Positions 40,288 through 50,890 of a DNA stretch of 64,000 nt are shown piece by piece. Every line of letters begins with the position of its first letter. The first letter of the stretch is position 1. A program made the translations under genes and the position numbers. The notes below the pieces were generated by a model that saw only the letters and a list, made by a program, of their open reading frames with translations, was not told where the DNA came from and searched no databases. Location: NCBI GenBank assembly GCA_019058295.1, contig JAHPZI010000006.1:79916-143915 (forward strand). The letters run 5' to 3'. The stretch is from Promethearchaeota archaeon (GTDB taxonomy: Archaea > Asgardarchaeota > Lokiarchaeia > Sigyniarchaeales > SOKP01).

Positions 40288-41106
40288 ATGGTTCGTTCAA
40301 GAGAAAAATTTCCAAAGGAAGGAGAATTCATAGTCGGAAAAGTGACTGATATTCACGATCAACATGTTTATGTAGATTTAATAGATTACGAGGGTTTAAA
40401 TACGGAGGACATCGCAAGAGGTATGATTCATGTTAGTGAAATATCAAGCCGATGGGTAAAAAATATAAGAAATCACGTAAGAGTTGGTCAGAGAATTGTT
40501 TTAAGAGTTCTGCATGTGGATCCGACAAAGGGACACGTTGATTTATCATTAAGAAGGGTAAATTCAGCTCAAAGAGAAGTTCGAATGAAGGAATGGAAAT
40601 ATGCTTTAAAATACGAAAATTTATTACAATTTCTTGTAGATGCTACGGATTTGTCTCTTGATGATGCTTACAAACTAATTGGATTTCCAATCTTGGATAA
40701 ATTTGATTCTTACCAAGAAACTATTGAAGAACTTAAAGAAAATGGCAAGGACATTTTAAAGAATATAAAAAATGTTTCCGAAGATGTAAAAAAAGCTTTT
40801 CTGCGGGTGATTGACGAGAATGTAGAAATATCGACTATTAACATAGTAGGAAAAATTAAAATTTCTTATAATGCTGAAAATGGGATAGATTTAGTAAAAG
40901 AATCATTAAATGAAGCAAAAAAGGTCATAAAAAATCCTAAAGAGACCAGAAAATTAAGCATTAGTTATATCGCAGCTCCGCTTTACCGTCTCGAAATCGT
41001 CTCTAAGGATTATTTAGATGCTGAAAACATACTTTCTGAGGTTTTAGAGGTTATTGAAGCTAAAACAAATAAATATGAGGGTAGGTTCGATTTTATTCGA
41101 GATTAA
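40288..41106 (+). CDS. eif2a: Translation initiation factor 2 alpha subunit
   Basis: S1 domain HVSEISSRWVKNIR, KGHVDLSLRRV, AAPLYR. Confidence 0.95.
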   Translation: MVRSREKFPKEGEFIVGKVTDIHDQHVYVDLIDYEGLNTEDIARGMIHVSEISSRWVKNIRNHVRVGQRIVLRVLHVDPTKGHVDLSLRRVNSAQREVRMKEWKYALKYENLLQFLVDATDLSLDDAYKLIGFPILDKFDSYQETIEELKENGKDILKNIKNVSEDVKKAFLRVIDENVEISTINIVGKIKISYNAENGIDLVKESLNEAKKVIKNPKETRKLSISYIAAPLYRLEIVSKDYLDAENILSEVLEVIEAKTNKYEGRFDFIRD

Positions 41107-41140
41107 ATTAATTGTAATAATCTTATTTTAATATATAAGC

Positions 41141-41329
41141 ATGACAAAATATCTTCAAAAATGTAAAAAGTGTGGTAGATACGGATTAGCTAATCCAGAA
41201 TTAAAGTGTCGATACTGCGGTGGTCAATTAATAAATCCAAAGCCACCAAAATTTTCATTAATCGATAAGTATGGAAAATACAGATTAAAATATTTTAAAG
41301 AAGAATTTGAGGAAAAATTTACTAAATGA
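41141..41329 (+). CDS. nop10: H/ACA RNP protein Nop10
   Basis: CKKCGRY...CRYCGG...PPKFSLIDKYGKYR; follows aIF2a. Confidence 0.92.
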   Translation: MTKYLQKCKKCGRYGLANPELKCRYCGGQLINPKPPKFSLIDKYGKYRLKYFKEEFEEKFTK

Positions 41330-41335
41330 TTTGTA

Positions 41336-42013
41336 TTAAGTGTTAATTTCGATTTTTTCTGCAAATTTCTCGTTAAGAACTATTTCTGCGTTTTTAGAAG
41401 GCATGCACGCAATTTCACCTTTTTTAAATGGCCCATAATTGATAAGATCAATACCCACTAAAGGAGGGGTTTCTTTTAAAAATCTGATTATAACATAATC
41501 GAATTCTTCACCCTTAGATTTGAAAGATTTTTTAAGATCTTCAACTCTAATTTCTTTGAAAGATTCTTCAACTTTACCTATTTCTGTGCTTCCATTTTCC
41601 TTCAATTCAAACGTTTTTTTAATTTCTTCATCTTTAACTCCTTCATAAAGCGCCATTGCTTTTACTTTTTCAAATCCTTTAATATCGCTGACTAAATTTC
41701 GATAAAATAATTTTTCAGCCTCCAAAAGATCATCTAAATTAATTTCTTGTAAGGCTAAGGCAAAATTTAAAATTTTAATTTCCCGCATTTTTAAAAAGTC
41801 GTTAAATAGAAATTCAAAATTTTCTTTATAAGAATCTAATATCTCGGTTTTTATTTTATTATTTTCTAAATCATTTAATTTTGTATTATTAAGAATTTGA
41901 AGATTTTCTTTAAATTCTTTAAACAGCTCTTTAGTTAATTGAGTCAAATCTTTATTCTTAAATTCATTAAGCCAATATTGATATAACTTCTCGTATTCGT
42001 TTTTAATATCCAT
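41336..42013 (-). CDS. GINS complex subunit (Gins15/51 type)
   Basis: Helical A domain with MREIKI; C-terminal B domain VGIDLINYGPFKKGEIA; follows priS. Confidence 0.82.
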   Translation of the reverse strand: MDIKNEYEKLYQYWLNEFKNKDLTQLTKELFKEFKENLQILNNTKLNDLENNKIKTEILDSYKENFEFLFNDFLKMREIKILNFALALQEINLDDLLEAEKLFYRNLVSDIKGFEKVKAMALYEGVKDEEIKKTFELKENGSTEIGKVEESFKEIRVEDLKKSFKSKGEEFDYVIIRFLKETPPLVGIDLINYGPFKKGEIACMPSKNAEIVLNEKFAEKIEINT

Positions 42014-42074
42014 AAATTAAGAAAATTTTTTTATTCTTAAAAAAGAAAAAGTAGAGAAAGAATTTATTATTAAC

Positions 42075-43325
42075 TTAAGCAGTCTTAGCAACCCCCCTAC
42101 AAAGCAAAAATACAGCAATATGATGTGGAACCTCGATTATCTCTCCTTGAGAGAAAGGCCCATAAGTTTGACCTTTTATTTTTGTAGCAGGTACCTTAGG
42201 CTCTAAAATTTCGATTTTTTGCATAATATCACTCTGGAATACTATTGGATCCAGATTTTTATTACTTTCATCGAGGGGATTAAAAGTATCTAGTTCTTTA
42301 ATTGATAATTCTTGAACTTTAAATCCTGTTTTCCCATGTAAAGACCCTGGATATCGAATAAGTCTATGGATGTCAATTGATACAGGGTCATCAATTCTGA
42401 TTCCAATTTCCTTGATTATTCCATATAAAAAGGTCTCCCATTTTTTTGGACCGAATCCCTCTATATTCCATAATATTTCCAGAAAATTTTGCTTATTATT
42501 CAGAATAAATTCTATAGTGTCATTACTCAATCCAAATTGCTTACCCTTAAAGAGTTTAATTATTATATCATTAGAATAATTTTTTAAGACTTCTTCAATT
42601 TTTAAAATAATTTTTTTAGACCAGCCGATATTATCTCTTAACAAACTTAAATTCAAGCTTAAATTTTTAAGACCCAAAATTTCAAGAGAAATATTACTTC
42701 CAGTAATATAATCGACAATTTCTCTTCTGTCTCCACTAGATAATCCTCTCATTTTTTTATTTTCGACCTTTAAGTGATACCCACGATGCCCTGAAAAAGC
42801 AATTTTCAAATCTTTTTCATCAATCCCAAAATCTGGAAAGAGAAAATCGTAAATTAAACTAATTATATCTCTTTTAGCAATATCTAAACAAATATCACAA
42901 ATCCAATTTAAATTTCTTAGCTTACGTTTACCACATTTAGGACATTTATTCATCATCCCTTTTCCACTTTTTCCACACTCAACACAATACCAATAGTCGT
43001 GATTAGTTTTACAGGGGGTTTCAAAATGGTCTACATCAATATCAATAACTAAATCACAGCCTTGATATTGCTTATTATTCATATTTAAATTATCTGGTTG
43101 AAGATATAGTGTTCCACTTGAATATACATGTCTTGATCCATTATCGGCTAAATATTTTTTTAGAAGTTCAACATTTTTAAATGCCATATGCCTAATCATA
43201 ATTTGTTTATCCCACGGAATAAATCCGAATTCCCGATGTTCTAGCAAATCAACAATAGGGATTTTAGACTTATTTTCGCGATAGTACGCTTGAAATAGCT
43301 TTTTTAATAGTTTATTTTCGCTCAT
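42075..43325 (-). CDS. priS: DNA primase small subunit
   Basis: REFGF, DLVIDIDVD, FSGHRGYH and RLIRYPGSLHGKTG motifs. Confidence 0.95.
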   Translation of the reverse strand: MSENKLLKKLFQAYYRENKSKIPIVDLLEHREFGFIPWDKQIMIRHMAFKNVELLKKYLADNGSRHVYSSGTLYLQPDNLNMNNKQYQGCDLVIDIDVDHFETPCKTNHDYWYCVECGKSGKGMMNKCPKCGKRKLRNLNWICDICLDIAKRDIISLIYDFLFPDFGIDEKDLKIAFSGHRGYHLKVENKKMRGLSSGDRREIVDYITGSNISLEILGLKNLSLNLSLLRDNIGWSKKIILKIEEVLKNYSNDIIIKLFKGKQFGLSNDTIEFILNNKQNFLEILWNIEGFGPKKWETFLYGIIKEIGIRIDDPVSIDIHRLIRYPGSLHGKTGFKVQELSIKELDTFNPLDESNKNLDPIVFQSDIMQKIEILEPKVPATKIKGQTYGPFSQGEIIEVPHHIAVFLLCRGVAKTA

Positions 43326-44499
43326 TATTATTTTTTAAATTATTATTAGGATGGTTTTCTTTTCTGGAAGCTCGAAATTGTTTTAATTGTACATAAAATA
43401 GGGGGTGTTTTATCTTTTTTTGAGCATCCTGTTTTTTTGAATAATACCCCTCTAAACAAATTTTATCCTTATACTTAGCTGCCATGCATAAATTTAACGA
43501 TTTTAGAGTAGTACATTTATGAGGTGTGTAGCCTTTTTTTTTAGCAAAATTTACTTGATAGGCAGTCTTATCTCTAGCAAAATCTGGCATAGTTGAAAAT
43601 ATGTCAATAATTTTATCTACTGGGTAGTTGAGAGCGTGTAAAAAAAACACTAAAAATAACCTCTCTATATGAATCAGATTTTGACCTTCTTGAGATTTCG
43701 AGAGTATTTCATTTATACATGGAGGAAAAGTATTTGAAATATCAGCCCCTTCTTTAAAACTAATATCAAAAGAATATTCAAAAACTTCCTTTTTTAGTTC
43801 CCATTGGCTTAAAATATTTTCATATAATTCTTTAAATTCTTGTAAATTTAATAATTCCTTTTTAAGAGATTCTAAAGAAGCTTTATCTTCTTTTACTTCA
43901 AATTTATTACGAATGTACTCTTGTATAAGGCGAATTAAACTTCGTTTTTGAATAAACACATATCCATTGGAGAGAGCATTATTCACAAGTTTACGATACT
44001 CATCATGCAAATTAGATATTAACTTTAAATAATCTGTATAATAAATTCGAAAACTAGTTTTAAGTAGTTCTCTCTGGTCTTTTAAAATATTTACCCCATA
44101 TTCCATTGGATCACTATAAAGAATATCTAATTTTAAATCTTCACAAATAGAATAAATGTTGTAGTCATTTTCTTTAATTAGATCGTTATAATTTATTTTC
44201 GAATATAAGTTAGCGATTTTATTTGTAATTATTTTGTTATCCAGAACAACCATTAAGATTTTTAACAATAAATACAGATATACATTTACCTTATCAAGTT
44301 TATAATATGAGACATTTTCTAAATTATCAAAAGCGGCTTTAAAAATTTCAAACAATCTTTCTTGTATTTCTTCACTAAAAGTTTCTGAAAAAATAGTTGA
44401 AATAAATTCTGAAGGTGGTTTAGAAGCGATGTCAGAAAAAAATTCTTTTAACGATGGAAGCCAAGGATAACGGTAAATCAATTCAATTGGAACGGTCAA
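43312..44499 (-). CDS. priL: DNA primase large subunit
   Basis: RYPW, FPPCI, HIER, PDF, Fe-S cysteines, HPL motif. Confidence 0.92.
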   Translation of the reverse strand: MTVPIELIYRYPWLPSLKEFFSDIASKPPSEFISTIFSETFSEEIQERLFEIFKAAFDNLENVSYYKLDKVNVYLYLLLKILMVVLDNKIITNKIANLYSKINYNDLIKENDYNIYSICEDLKLDILYSDPMEYGVNILKDQRELLKTSFRIYYTDYLKLISNLHDEYRKLVNNALSNGYVFIQKRSLIRLIQEYIRNKFEVKEDKASLESLKKELLNLQEFKELYENILSQWELKKEVFEYSFDISFKEGADISNTFPPCINEILSKSQEGQNLIHIERLFLVFFLHALNYPVDKIIDIFSTMPDFARDKTAYQVNFAKKKGYTPHKCTTLKSLNLCMAAKYKDKICLEGYYSKKQDAQKKIKHPLFYVQLKQFRASRKENHPNNNLKNNNERK

Positions 44500-44631
44500 G
44501 GCGTTAAATTCTCCTTTTTCAAAATTATTAATTCTCTATATAAAATGATCATTTGAAGTTTTAATAAACAAGGAGCACATTGATTTATTAATAATTATAT
44601 TTGAAAAGAGATAAGAAGTTAAAATAATTGA

Positions 44632-45435
44632 TTAAAATTCATCCATGTCCTCATCTTCATCGAAATCAGCCTCTTCCACCCTTGGGGCAAGAAAATAGAA
44701 TAATTCACCACCTTCAAGGAGATTAAACATCATTTTTAAGGGATGGTCCGTTTTGAGTGAGATCTCTAACTTTTCTGTAATTGAAGAAATTTTTAAGATT
44801 GCTTTTAAAAAAGTTAGAGAGTATGCGCCACTACTAGTGCCAGAAATATCTGTTTCAATCAATTCATCTAGTTCAAGCTCATAATTCATCTCTCCAATTT
44901 GTCCGGTAGAACTAAAAACTAAACCCTGGTCTTCTATGGACTTCATATTTAAAATTTCGGAATAAATCTCAGCATCTTTGATCGCCTCAACTAAGAAATC
45001 CGGATCTATTACCCATTTTGAAGAATATTCAATATTTAGTAAATTTTCCATGGGAATTTCTTCAATATCGATGTCCAGTAAAGCTAAACTAAAGGTTCTA
45101 GTGCGAGAAGTTCCCTCTCTCTGCATTTTAATTTTAATTTTTTGATCCTTCTCATTAAAATCAATTTCCACAGCATCATTAGCAGCACATCGTTTCAAAA
45201 TCTTATCTAGATCATCTAGATTTAATCCTACTTTAGATTCTTTACTGCATTTATAATCATCAAAATTATCTTTCTTGATAGAAAGTTTTAACAAACAAAT
45301 TCGACTTGGGTCCATTGCTGAGATTGTGAACTCTTTTGGAGTTACTCTAAACTCAGTTTCATCAATAATACTAGCAAGAGTTTCTACTATGCCTTTTAAA
45401 ATCCGACTATTTTCTAGTTTTAACGTAAAACTCAT
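44632..45435 (-). CDS. pcn: PCNA sliding clamp
   Basis: AMDPSRI and YFLAPR motifs. Confidence 0.96.
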   Translation of the reverse strand: MSFTLKLENSRILKGIVETLASIIDETEFRVTPKEFTISAMDPSRICLLKLSIKKDNFDDYKCSKESKVGLNLDDLDKILKRCAANDAVEIDFNEKDQKIKIKMQREGTSRTRTFSLALLDIDIEEIPMENLLNIEYSSKWVIDPDFLVEAIKDAEIYSEILNMKSIEDQGLVFSSTGQIGEMNYELELDELIETDISGTSSGAYSLTFLKAILKISSITEKLEISLKTDHPLKMMFNLLEGGELFYFLAPRVEEADFDEDEDMDEF

Positions 45436-45695
45436 ATCTCATTAACTCTTTTATTTATAACTTATTGCGTTAGCTTTCACAATATATTAATATTGGTTTA
45501 TTGCCTTTCTTTATTAAATTTAATATTAGTGTTTTAATAATAACTAATTTTACTTCTCGATTAAATTATTTATAGTTATTTAAAAATTCTATAATATGAA
45601 TATATAAAAATAAAAAAATTACTTAATGAATTAATTATTTATATTTGCCTAAAACTTTCAAAATTATAAGTTATGTTTTAAGGATGGTGGTTTAA

Positions 45696-46025
45696 GTGGA
45701 AAAGCTATATGCGAAACAGAGGATAATAAGGGATGTGAAAAATGAAGATGAGCGAATTCAAATTACTGGTTATGTAAAAAATTTAGTTGAAAATGACCAT
45801 ATTATATTAGAAGACAAATCTGGCAATATTAAAGTAAGTATTAAAAACATTGATTTTAATTTTAAAGAAAAAAATTTAATCAACATTATGGGGAGTTTAA
45901 TGATAAAAACTGATGGTGAAAAAATCATAGATGCTGATATTGTACAGGATATGAACAATTTAAATTTCGAATATTACTGCAAATTATATGAGTTAAAAAA
46001 AGAATTGGATGAAAAGGAAAAATAA
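45696..46025 (+). CDS. Single OB-fold protein (RPA small-subunit-like)
   Basis: IQITGYV...ILEDKSGNIKV...INIMG OB pattern with C-terminal helix; next to PCNA. Confidence 0.65.
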   Translation: MEKLYAKQRIIRDVKNEDERIQITGYVKNLVENDHIILEDKSGNIKVSIKNIDFNFKEKNLINIMGSLMIKTDGEKIIDADIVQDMNNLNFEYYCKLYELKKELDEKEK

Positions 46026-46081
46026 TTGATTACTACTCAGATTTACATTAAAAAAATTAGATATAAGTTAAAAATATTGCC

Positions 46082-46288
46082 TTAAGAAAGAACTTCTAAA
46101 ATTTTTGTAAGAATACGAGCCTTCCCGCCTGTTGATTGAAGTAGTATTTTCCCGCATACCAAACATTCGACATCAGTGGCAGAACACCCAAAAATTATTT
46201 GTTGATTTCCACAATTTAAGCATTTTACGCGCAAGAAACGACTTTTAGGTTGGGGGATCAATTCTTTTGATTTTTTATTTCTACCCAT
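46082..46288 (-). CDS. rps27e: Ribosomal protein eS27
   Basis: [11 protein letters not shown]...C..CG..L..STGGKA. Confidence 0.96.
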   Translation of the reverse strand: MGRNKKSKELIPQPKSRFLRVKCLNCGNQQIIFGCSATDVECLVCGKILLQSTGGKARILTKILEVLS

Positions 46289-46309
46289 TGTTAGTATCCT
46301 AATTTTTAA

Positions 46310-46591
46310 TTAAACTTCTTGCAATTCAAATTTTTTTACGCGATAGGCCTTTGAATAGTACTTTTTACCACATTCAGAACATTCAAGTAAAGGAGTTGTT
46401 TTTTTATTTATTTTTGCGTTTTTATGAAAAATTTCTTTTGGAAAAGAACCATAACCTTTTTTCTTTTTTTCAAATCTTCTTTTTCCTTGAGCTTGGGTGT
46501 TTTCTTTTCCTTTTTTATAAATTGAGACGTTATGCTTGGTATGCGTTCTGCATTGCGGACAATATCTGTTTAATGTTCTAGGATATTTCAA
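46310..46591 (-). CDS. rpl44e: Ribosomal protein eL42 (L44e), TTG start
   Basis: YCPQCRTHTKH...GYG...CSECGK. Confidence 0.95.
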   Translation of the reverse strand: MKYPRTLNRYCPQCRTHTKHNVSIYKKGKENTQAQGKRRFEKKKKGYGSFPKEIFHKNAKINKKTTPLLECSECGKKYYSKAYRVKKFELQEV

Positions 46592-46773
46592 TTTTCAAAA
46601 ACCTAAATTAAAATAATGATATAATTAATTATTAATAAATTTTAAATTTTATTAGTTCCGCTAAATTTTAGCTCATTTAAAACTCTTTACTTATTGAACG
46701 GATATAACCTAAATAGCAAATAATTTAAGCAACTTTTACATAAAAATAATAATAACCTTTGGAAAAGAATAAA

Positions 46774-47691
46774 ATGTTTAAAGAGAAATTTGGCGAAGGT
46801 ATAATAAGTGCTAAGCAATTTAATAGAGAAGATATTGAATATATCTTGAAAAAGGGTAAAGAAATGATTTCTTCCACAAATTCTAATCTTCTCAAAGGTA
46901 AAATACTTGCAACATTATTTTTTGAACCTTCTACCCGAACTCGACTCAGCTTTGAATCCGCGATGTATAGATTGGGAGGAAATGTTATTGGTTTTCAATC
47001 AGGAGAAGTATCTTCAATTAAAAAAGGAGAAAGCCTTGCTGATACGATAAGAACTGTGGAAAATTATTGTGATTGTATAGTTATAAGACACTCTATGGAG
47101 GGGGCTGCTAAACTGGCTTCTCGATTTTCAAAAGTTCCAATCATTAACGCAGGGTCAGGTAGCGGTGAACATCCTACTCAAGCATTATTGGATTTATTGA
47201 CAATCAAAGAAGAATGTGGTAAATTAGATGGATTAAACATAGGAATCATGGGAGACCTAAAGTATGGTCGAACTGTACATAGTTTAGCTGTATTATTTTC
47301 AAATTTTGATGCAAACCTTTATTTTATAAGTCCAAAAGAATTAACAATTAGGACTCAAGAAAAAGAGTTTTTAATTCAGCGGCAGCTCAAATTTAAAGAA
47401 GTACTTCAATATAGGAGTCTATTAAATCTACTTGATGTTCTTTATATGACAAGAATTCAAAGAGAAAGATTTGTTGATGAGGAAGAATATGAAAAAGTGA
47501 AAAATGTCTATATTTTTAAAGAAGAAGATCTCATAAACACGAAGGACACATTTATCCTTATGCACCCTCTTCCAAGAATAACAGAAATCTCTCCAGATGT
47601 AGATAGTTCGACAAAGGCAATATATTTCAAACAAACATCTTATGGATTAATGATGAGAAAGGCAATTCTAGCGGAATTATTAGCCGATTGA
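46774..47691 (+). CDS. pyrB: Aspartate carbamoyltransferase catalytic subunit
   Basis: FFEPSTRT, HPTQ, GDLKYGRTVHSL, TRIQRER and HPLP motifs. Confidence 0.97.
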   Translation: MFKEKFGEGIISAKQFNREDIEYILKKGKEMISSTNSNLLKGKILATLFFEPSTRTRLSFESAMYRLGGNVIGFQSGEVSSIKKGESLADTIRTVENYCDCIVIRHSMEGAAKLASRFSKVPIINAGSGSGEHPTQALLDLLTIKEECGKLDGLNIGIMGDLKYGRTVHSLAVLFSNFDANLYFISPKELTIRTQEKEFLIQRQLKFKEVLQYRSLLNLLDVLYMTRIQRERFVDEEEYEKVKNVYIFKEEDLINTKDTFILMHPLPRITEISPDVDSSTKAIYFKQTSYGLMMRKAILAELLAD

Positions 47692-47692
47692 A

Positions 47693-49696
47693 TCAATCGG
47701 TTATTGAAAATGCTTTTAATTTAGATTCCATTAAAATTTTTAAACTTTCTTTCTTTGAAATATTATTAGAACTAAATGTGTTATTGAATTTCGTTCCACC
47801 TTCAATTACTGTCTCAAATTTTTTGAAAATGGAAATCTTTTCTTGTAGAGATAATTTGGAGTTTTTTCTTATTATTCTTGGGGAATAATAATAGTTCTTT
47901 TTATTAAATTTCTTAATCTTATTATTTATAGATAGCGCAATATATCTATCACGATGAGGCTGACTCAAAACAAAAGATTCATTTTCGTTTTCATTTTTTT
48001 CATTGATTAGATCTTTTAAAAGGGATAAAATTTTAAGGGCAAAAGATTGACTTGCGACTACTCTATCGAGCTCTAAACCACAATGGTTAATAATAGATTC
48101 ATTCAATCCAATAAAACTTATTGATTTTAACGAATATTTACTCCAATTTCTTAAATCTTCTCCAAAAAAATCTGATACTAACGTTTCCCAATTTTTTAAA
48201 GAATTTAATTTCCTATTAATTAAAGATTCTTTATAGCTAAAAAATTCAAAAACTGAATTCAATTTATTTTGTAATAAATCACAAAAAACATCATCATTCT
48301 GATTTGCTTCTGATGATATTGAGTTTAAATTAATCAAAATTTTGTCTAAAATAATTCTAGCCCTTAAAAATTTATTTTCATCAGAATTCATAATTTTAAT
48401 AATGTTTGAATTTAACAAATGTGATTTATTATCATAAAAGATAAAATTTTTTCCTAAATTTGATAAATTAAAGTCGTTTAAAACAAAGCTTTCTATTTCT
48501 TGAAAATCAAATTTTGAATAATCAAAAAGGATTAAAGGATTGATGTAATTTTGATTATGATTTATTCCGTTGTTAAGTTTTTCTAAAAATAATTTATCAT
48601 TTTGAAATTGAAATCTTTTTTTTCCATTTAAATGGTTATTATCATCATAACAAAATTCTAAAGATAAATGGCTTCGACTATCGTTAATTTCTTTGTTATA
48701 TCTTGAAATTTGAGAAATTAAGATTTTATGAAAATGTGAGTTTTTATCCTTACTAAGAAAATTAAAAAGCGAAAGGAATTTATTGTTGAAATCACCTAAT
48801 ACGAGGTCTTCAGAAAAATACGGTTTTATTTGATAAATTAAATCTATTAAACTTAATAGAAGATTAAGTAAATCTTTCGAATTATCAACATTTTTAGATA
48901 AATTTGAATATCTTTTGAACATTATATCCAATAACGTCTCTGTATTCACATAGATACTTATTGGTCTTAAACTCCAATAGTTTAGATGGCATAAAGCTAT
49001 TTCTCCTGATAAATAAAGATCAGCCAAGTGTTTAGGTAACAGATTTAGTAATAAAAATTGCTCAGAAACTTCTGAACCTAATATCTGGATAAAATTTTCT
49101 GGTAAGATTTCATTATTTTTAAATAATTTAAGGGCTTCATAAGGGGGCGTGCCTAAGCGTGTTAACTTATGTCTCACATCTTCTAGACCTTCTTCTAAAA
49201 GTATAGCATTTATAAATTCTCGCATTAAAGGAGATGTTAAATATTTTACATTTATCTTAGAAAGGCGTTCTTTAACTTCACGGGCGATTTTTTTTGCCAA
49301 GTATCTTTCTAATTCACCCTCTTTAATCAAATAATCTTCAATTTTTTTAAAATCAAAAACTTCTTTAGAGTACTTTGAGGTCCTAATCATTGTAATCTTG
49401 TTTTGATTGTCAAGAAACTGTTCCATTGATAAAACTATTTTTAAAATTTTCTTGCCAAGTGATGAAATGAAATAACCATCCTCAGAACTCGATATTAAAC
49501 CAACTTTTTCTAATGCTTTTATATGATAGGAAAAATTAAGAGAATTTTGATTCGTATCTAAAATTTCTTTTTGAAGCTTGGAAAAGGATAATACTAATTC
49601 ACTATTTTTCAACTTTTTCAAGATGTCTATTCTAATCTTTTGGCCTAAGGTTTTTAGCAGTTTCTCTATATCATTTCTATTTTTGTCGGGGCTCAT
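47693..49696 (-). CDS. ArsR-type wHTH + ATP-cone + degenerate class III ribonucleotide reductase (NrdD-like) fusion
   Basis: IRIDILKKL...FSYHIKALEKVGLI; IRTS...FDFKKI...LTSPLMRE...TRLG; LPKHLADLYLSGEI. Confidence 0.75.
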   Translation of the reverse strand: MSPDKNRNDIEKLLKTLGQKIRIDILKKLKNSELVLSFSKLQKEILDTNQNSLNFSYHIKALEKVGLISSSEDGYFISSLGKKILKIVLSMEQFLDNQNKITMIRTSKYSKEVFDFKKIEDYLIKEGELERYLAKKIAREVKERLSKINVKYLTSPLMREFINAILLEEGLEDVRHKLTRLGTPPYEALKLFKNNEILPENFIQILGSEVSEQFLLLNLLPKHLADLYLSGEIALCHLNYWSLRPISIYVNTETLLDIMFKRYSNLSKNVDNSKDLLNLLLSLIDLIYQIKPYFSEDLVLGDFNNKFLSLFNFLSKDKNSHFHKILISQISRYNKEINDSRSHLSLEFCYDDNNHLNGKKRFQFQNDKLFLEKLNNGINHNQNYINPLILFDYSKFDFQEIESFVLNDFNLSNLGKNFIFYDNKSHLLNSNIIKIMNSDENKFLRARIILDKILINLNSISSEANQNDDVFCDLLQNKLNSVFEFFSYKESLINRKLNSLKNWETLVSDFFGEDLRNWSKYSLKSISFIGLNESIINHCGLELDRVVASQSFALKILSLLKDLINEKNENENESFVLSQPHRDRYIALSINNKIKKFNKKNYYYSPRIIRKNSKLSLQEKISIFKKFETVIEGGTKFNNTFSSNNISKKESLKILMESKLKAFSITD

Positions 49697-49832
49697 CGCA
49701 ATATTATCAGATTTACTTAGATCTTCTTGATAAATAATATGGTTAACAAATATATAAATATAATCGAATTCTGATAATATAGGCGTGATATAAAATCTAA
49801 AAAGAGAAATATTTTAAAATCATTAGAATAGT

Positions 49833-50450
49833 TTACCGTGCAGAGATGGCAATTCTTTCGATTTCATCTTTTCTTTTTACTGCTAGTGATTCTTGTGAGT
49901 TTTTTGACGCATTGATAAGTTCTTGTGCAATACATTCTTCAAAGTTTCTTAAACTCCCGCTACTTCGTGAAGCAATCGCTTGGGTTAAATATTTAATTGC
50001 TAAATCAACTCTTCGTTGAGGGGCAATATCTACTGCTGATGCGTAGGAAATGCCTCCCATCGCAATCCGAGTAGTTTCTTCTCTTGGAGCGGTGTTCACT
50101 ATAGCATCAACTAATACTTGAAGTGGATTTAATTCTGTGATATGTTCGATCAATATGAATGCAGTTTTTATGCCTTTAATTATTTTATTTTTTTTCCCTG
50201 AATTATGAGAGCTTTTATGACCCTTAATTTTTCCAGCTATAAATCCAGGGGATAATAATCTATTGGCAAACCGTTCAACTACGGAAACCTTTGAAGTCTT
50301 CCAGAACCTTTTATGTTCATGTTTTCCGCATGAATGGGGGATAATAATAGGTCTTAAATTAATATAATTAACTATAGTATAATCATTTACCTCTATATCA
50401 TTAAAAGACCAGATATTAAATAATTTTATTTCAGGTTTGCTTTTACTCAT
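49833..50450 (-). CDS. rps7: Ribosomal protein uS7
   Basis: NPLQVLVDAIVN, PREETTRI, VDIAPQRRVD motifs. Confidence 0.97.
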   Translation of the reverse strand: MSKSKPEIKLFNIWSFNDIEVNDYTIVNYINLRPIIIPHSCGKHEHKRFWKTSKVSVVERFANRLLSPGFIAGKIKGHKSSHNSGKKNKIIKGIKTAFILIEHITELNPLQVLVDAIVNTAPREETTRIAMGGISYASAVDIAPQRRVDLAIKYLTQAIASRSSGSLRNFEECIAQELINASKNSQESLAVKRKDEIERIAISAR

Positions 50451-50455
50451 AGTTT

Positions 50456-50890
50456 TTACCTCAATGGCTTTTCTTTCCGCCCGGTTAGTAACGCTTCTAA
50501 AGATACTCCATTAACCTTAACAACACTCCATCTCACTCCAGGTAAATCACCAACCGCTCTGCCTTTAGCACCTCCAATACCCTCAACAATTACTTGATCA
50601 TGTTCCTCTACAAAGTTTAATGCCCCATCACCAGGTAAAAAAGCGGTAATACTTTTTCCGTTTTTCTTGAGTTGAACTCTTACGCATTTGCGTATTGCTG
50701 AGTTCGGTTGCTTGCTTTCTCTTCCGACTTTCTGCAAAACAATACCCAAAGCTTGAGGTGCTCCTTCGAGTGGATCTGCTTTTTGTTTTAATTTGAGTTT
50801 TTTTCTTTTATATTTTGTTTTGGACCATCTGAATTTTTTACGATTTTTCTTTAACTGTCGTGCAGCATATAATCCTTTAGGTTTGCCGAT
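50456..50890 (-). CDS. rps12: Ribosomal protein uS12 (144 aa; ATC start)
   Basis: (I)[12 protein letters not shown]...[15 protein letters not shown]; AAGGTG SD upstream of ATC. Confidence 0.95.
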   Translation of the reverse strand: MGKPKGLYAARQLKKNRKKFRWSKTKYKRKKLKLKQKADPLEGAPQALGIVLQKVGRESKQPNSAIRKCVRVQLKKNGKSITAFLPGDGALNFVEEHDQVIVEGIGGAKGRAVGDLPGVRWSVVKVNGVSLEALLTGRKEKPLR

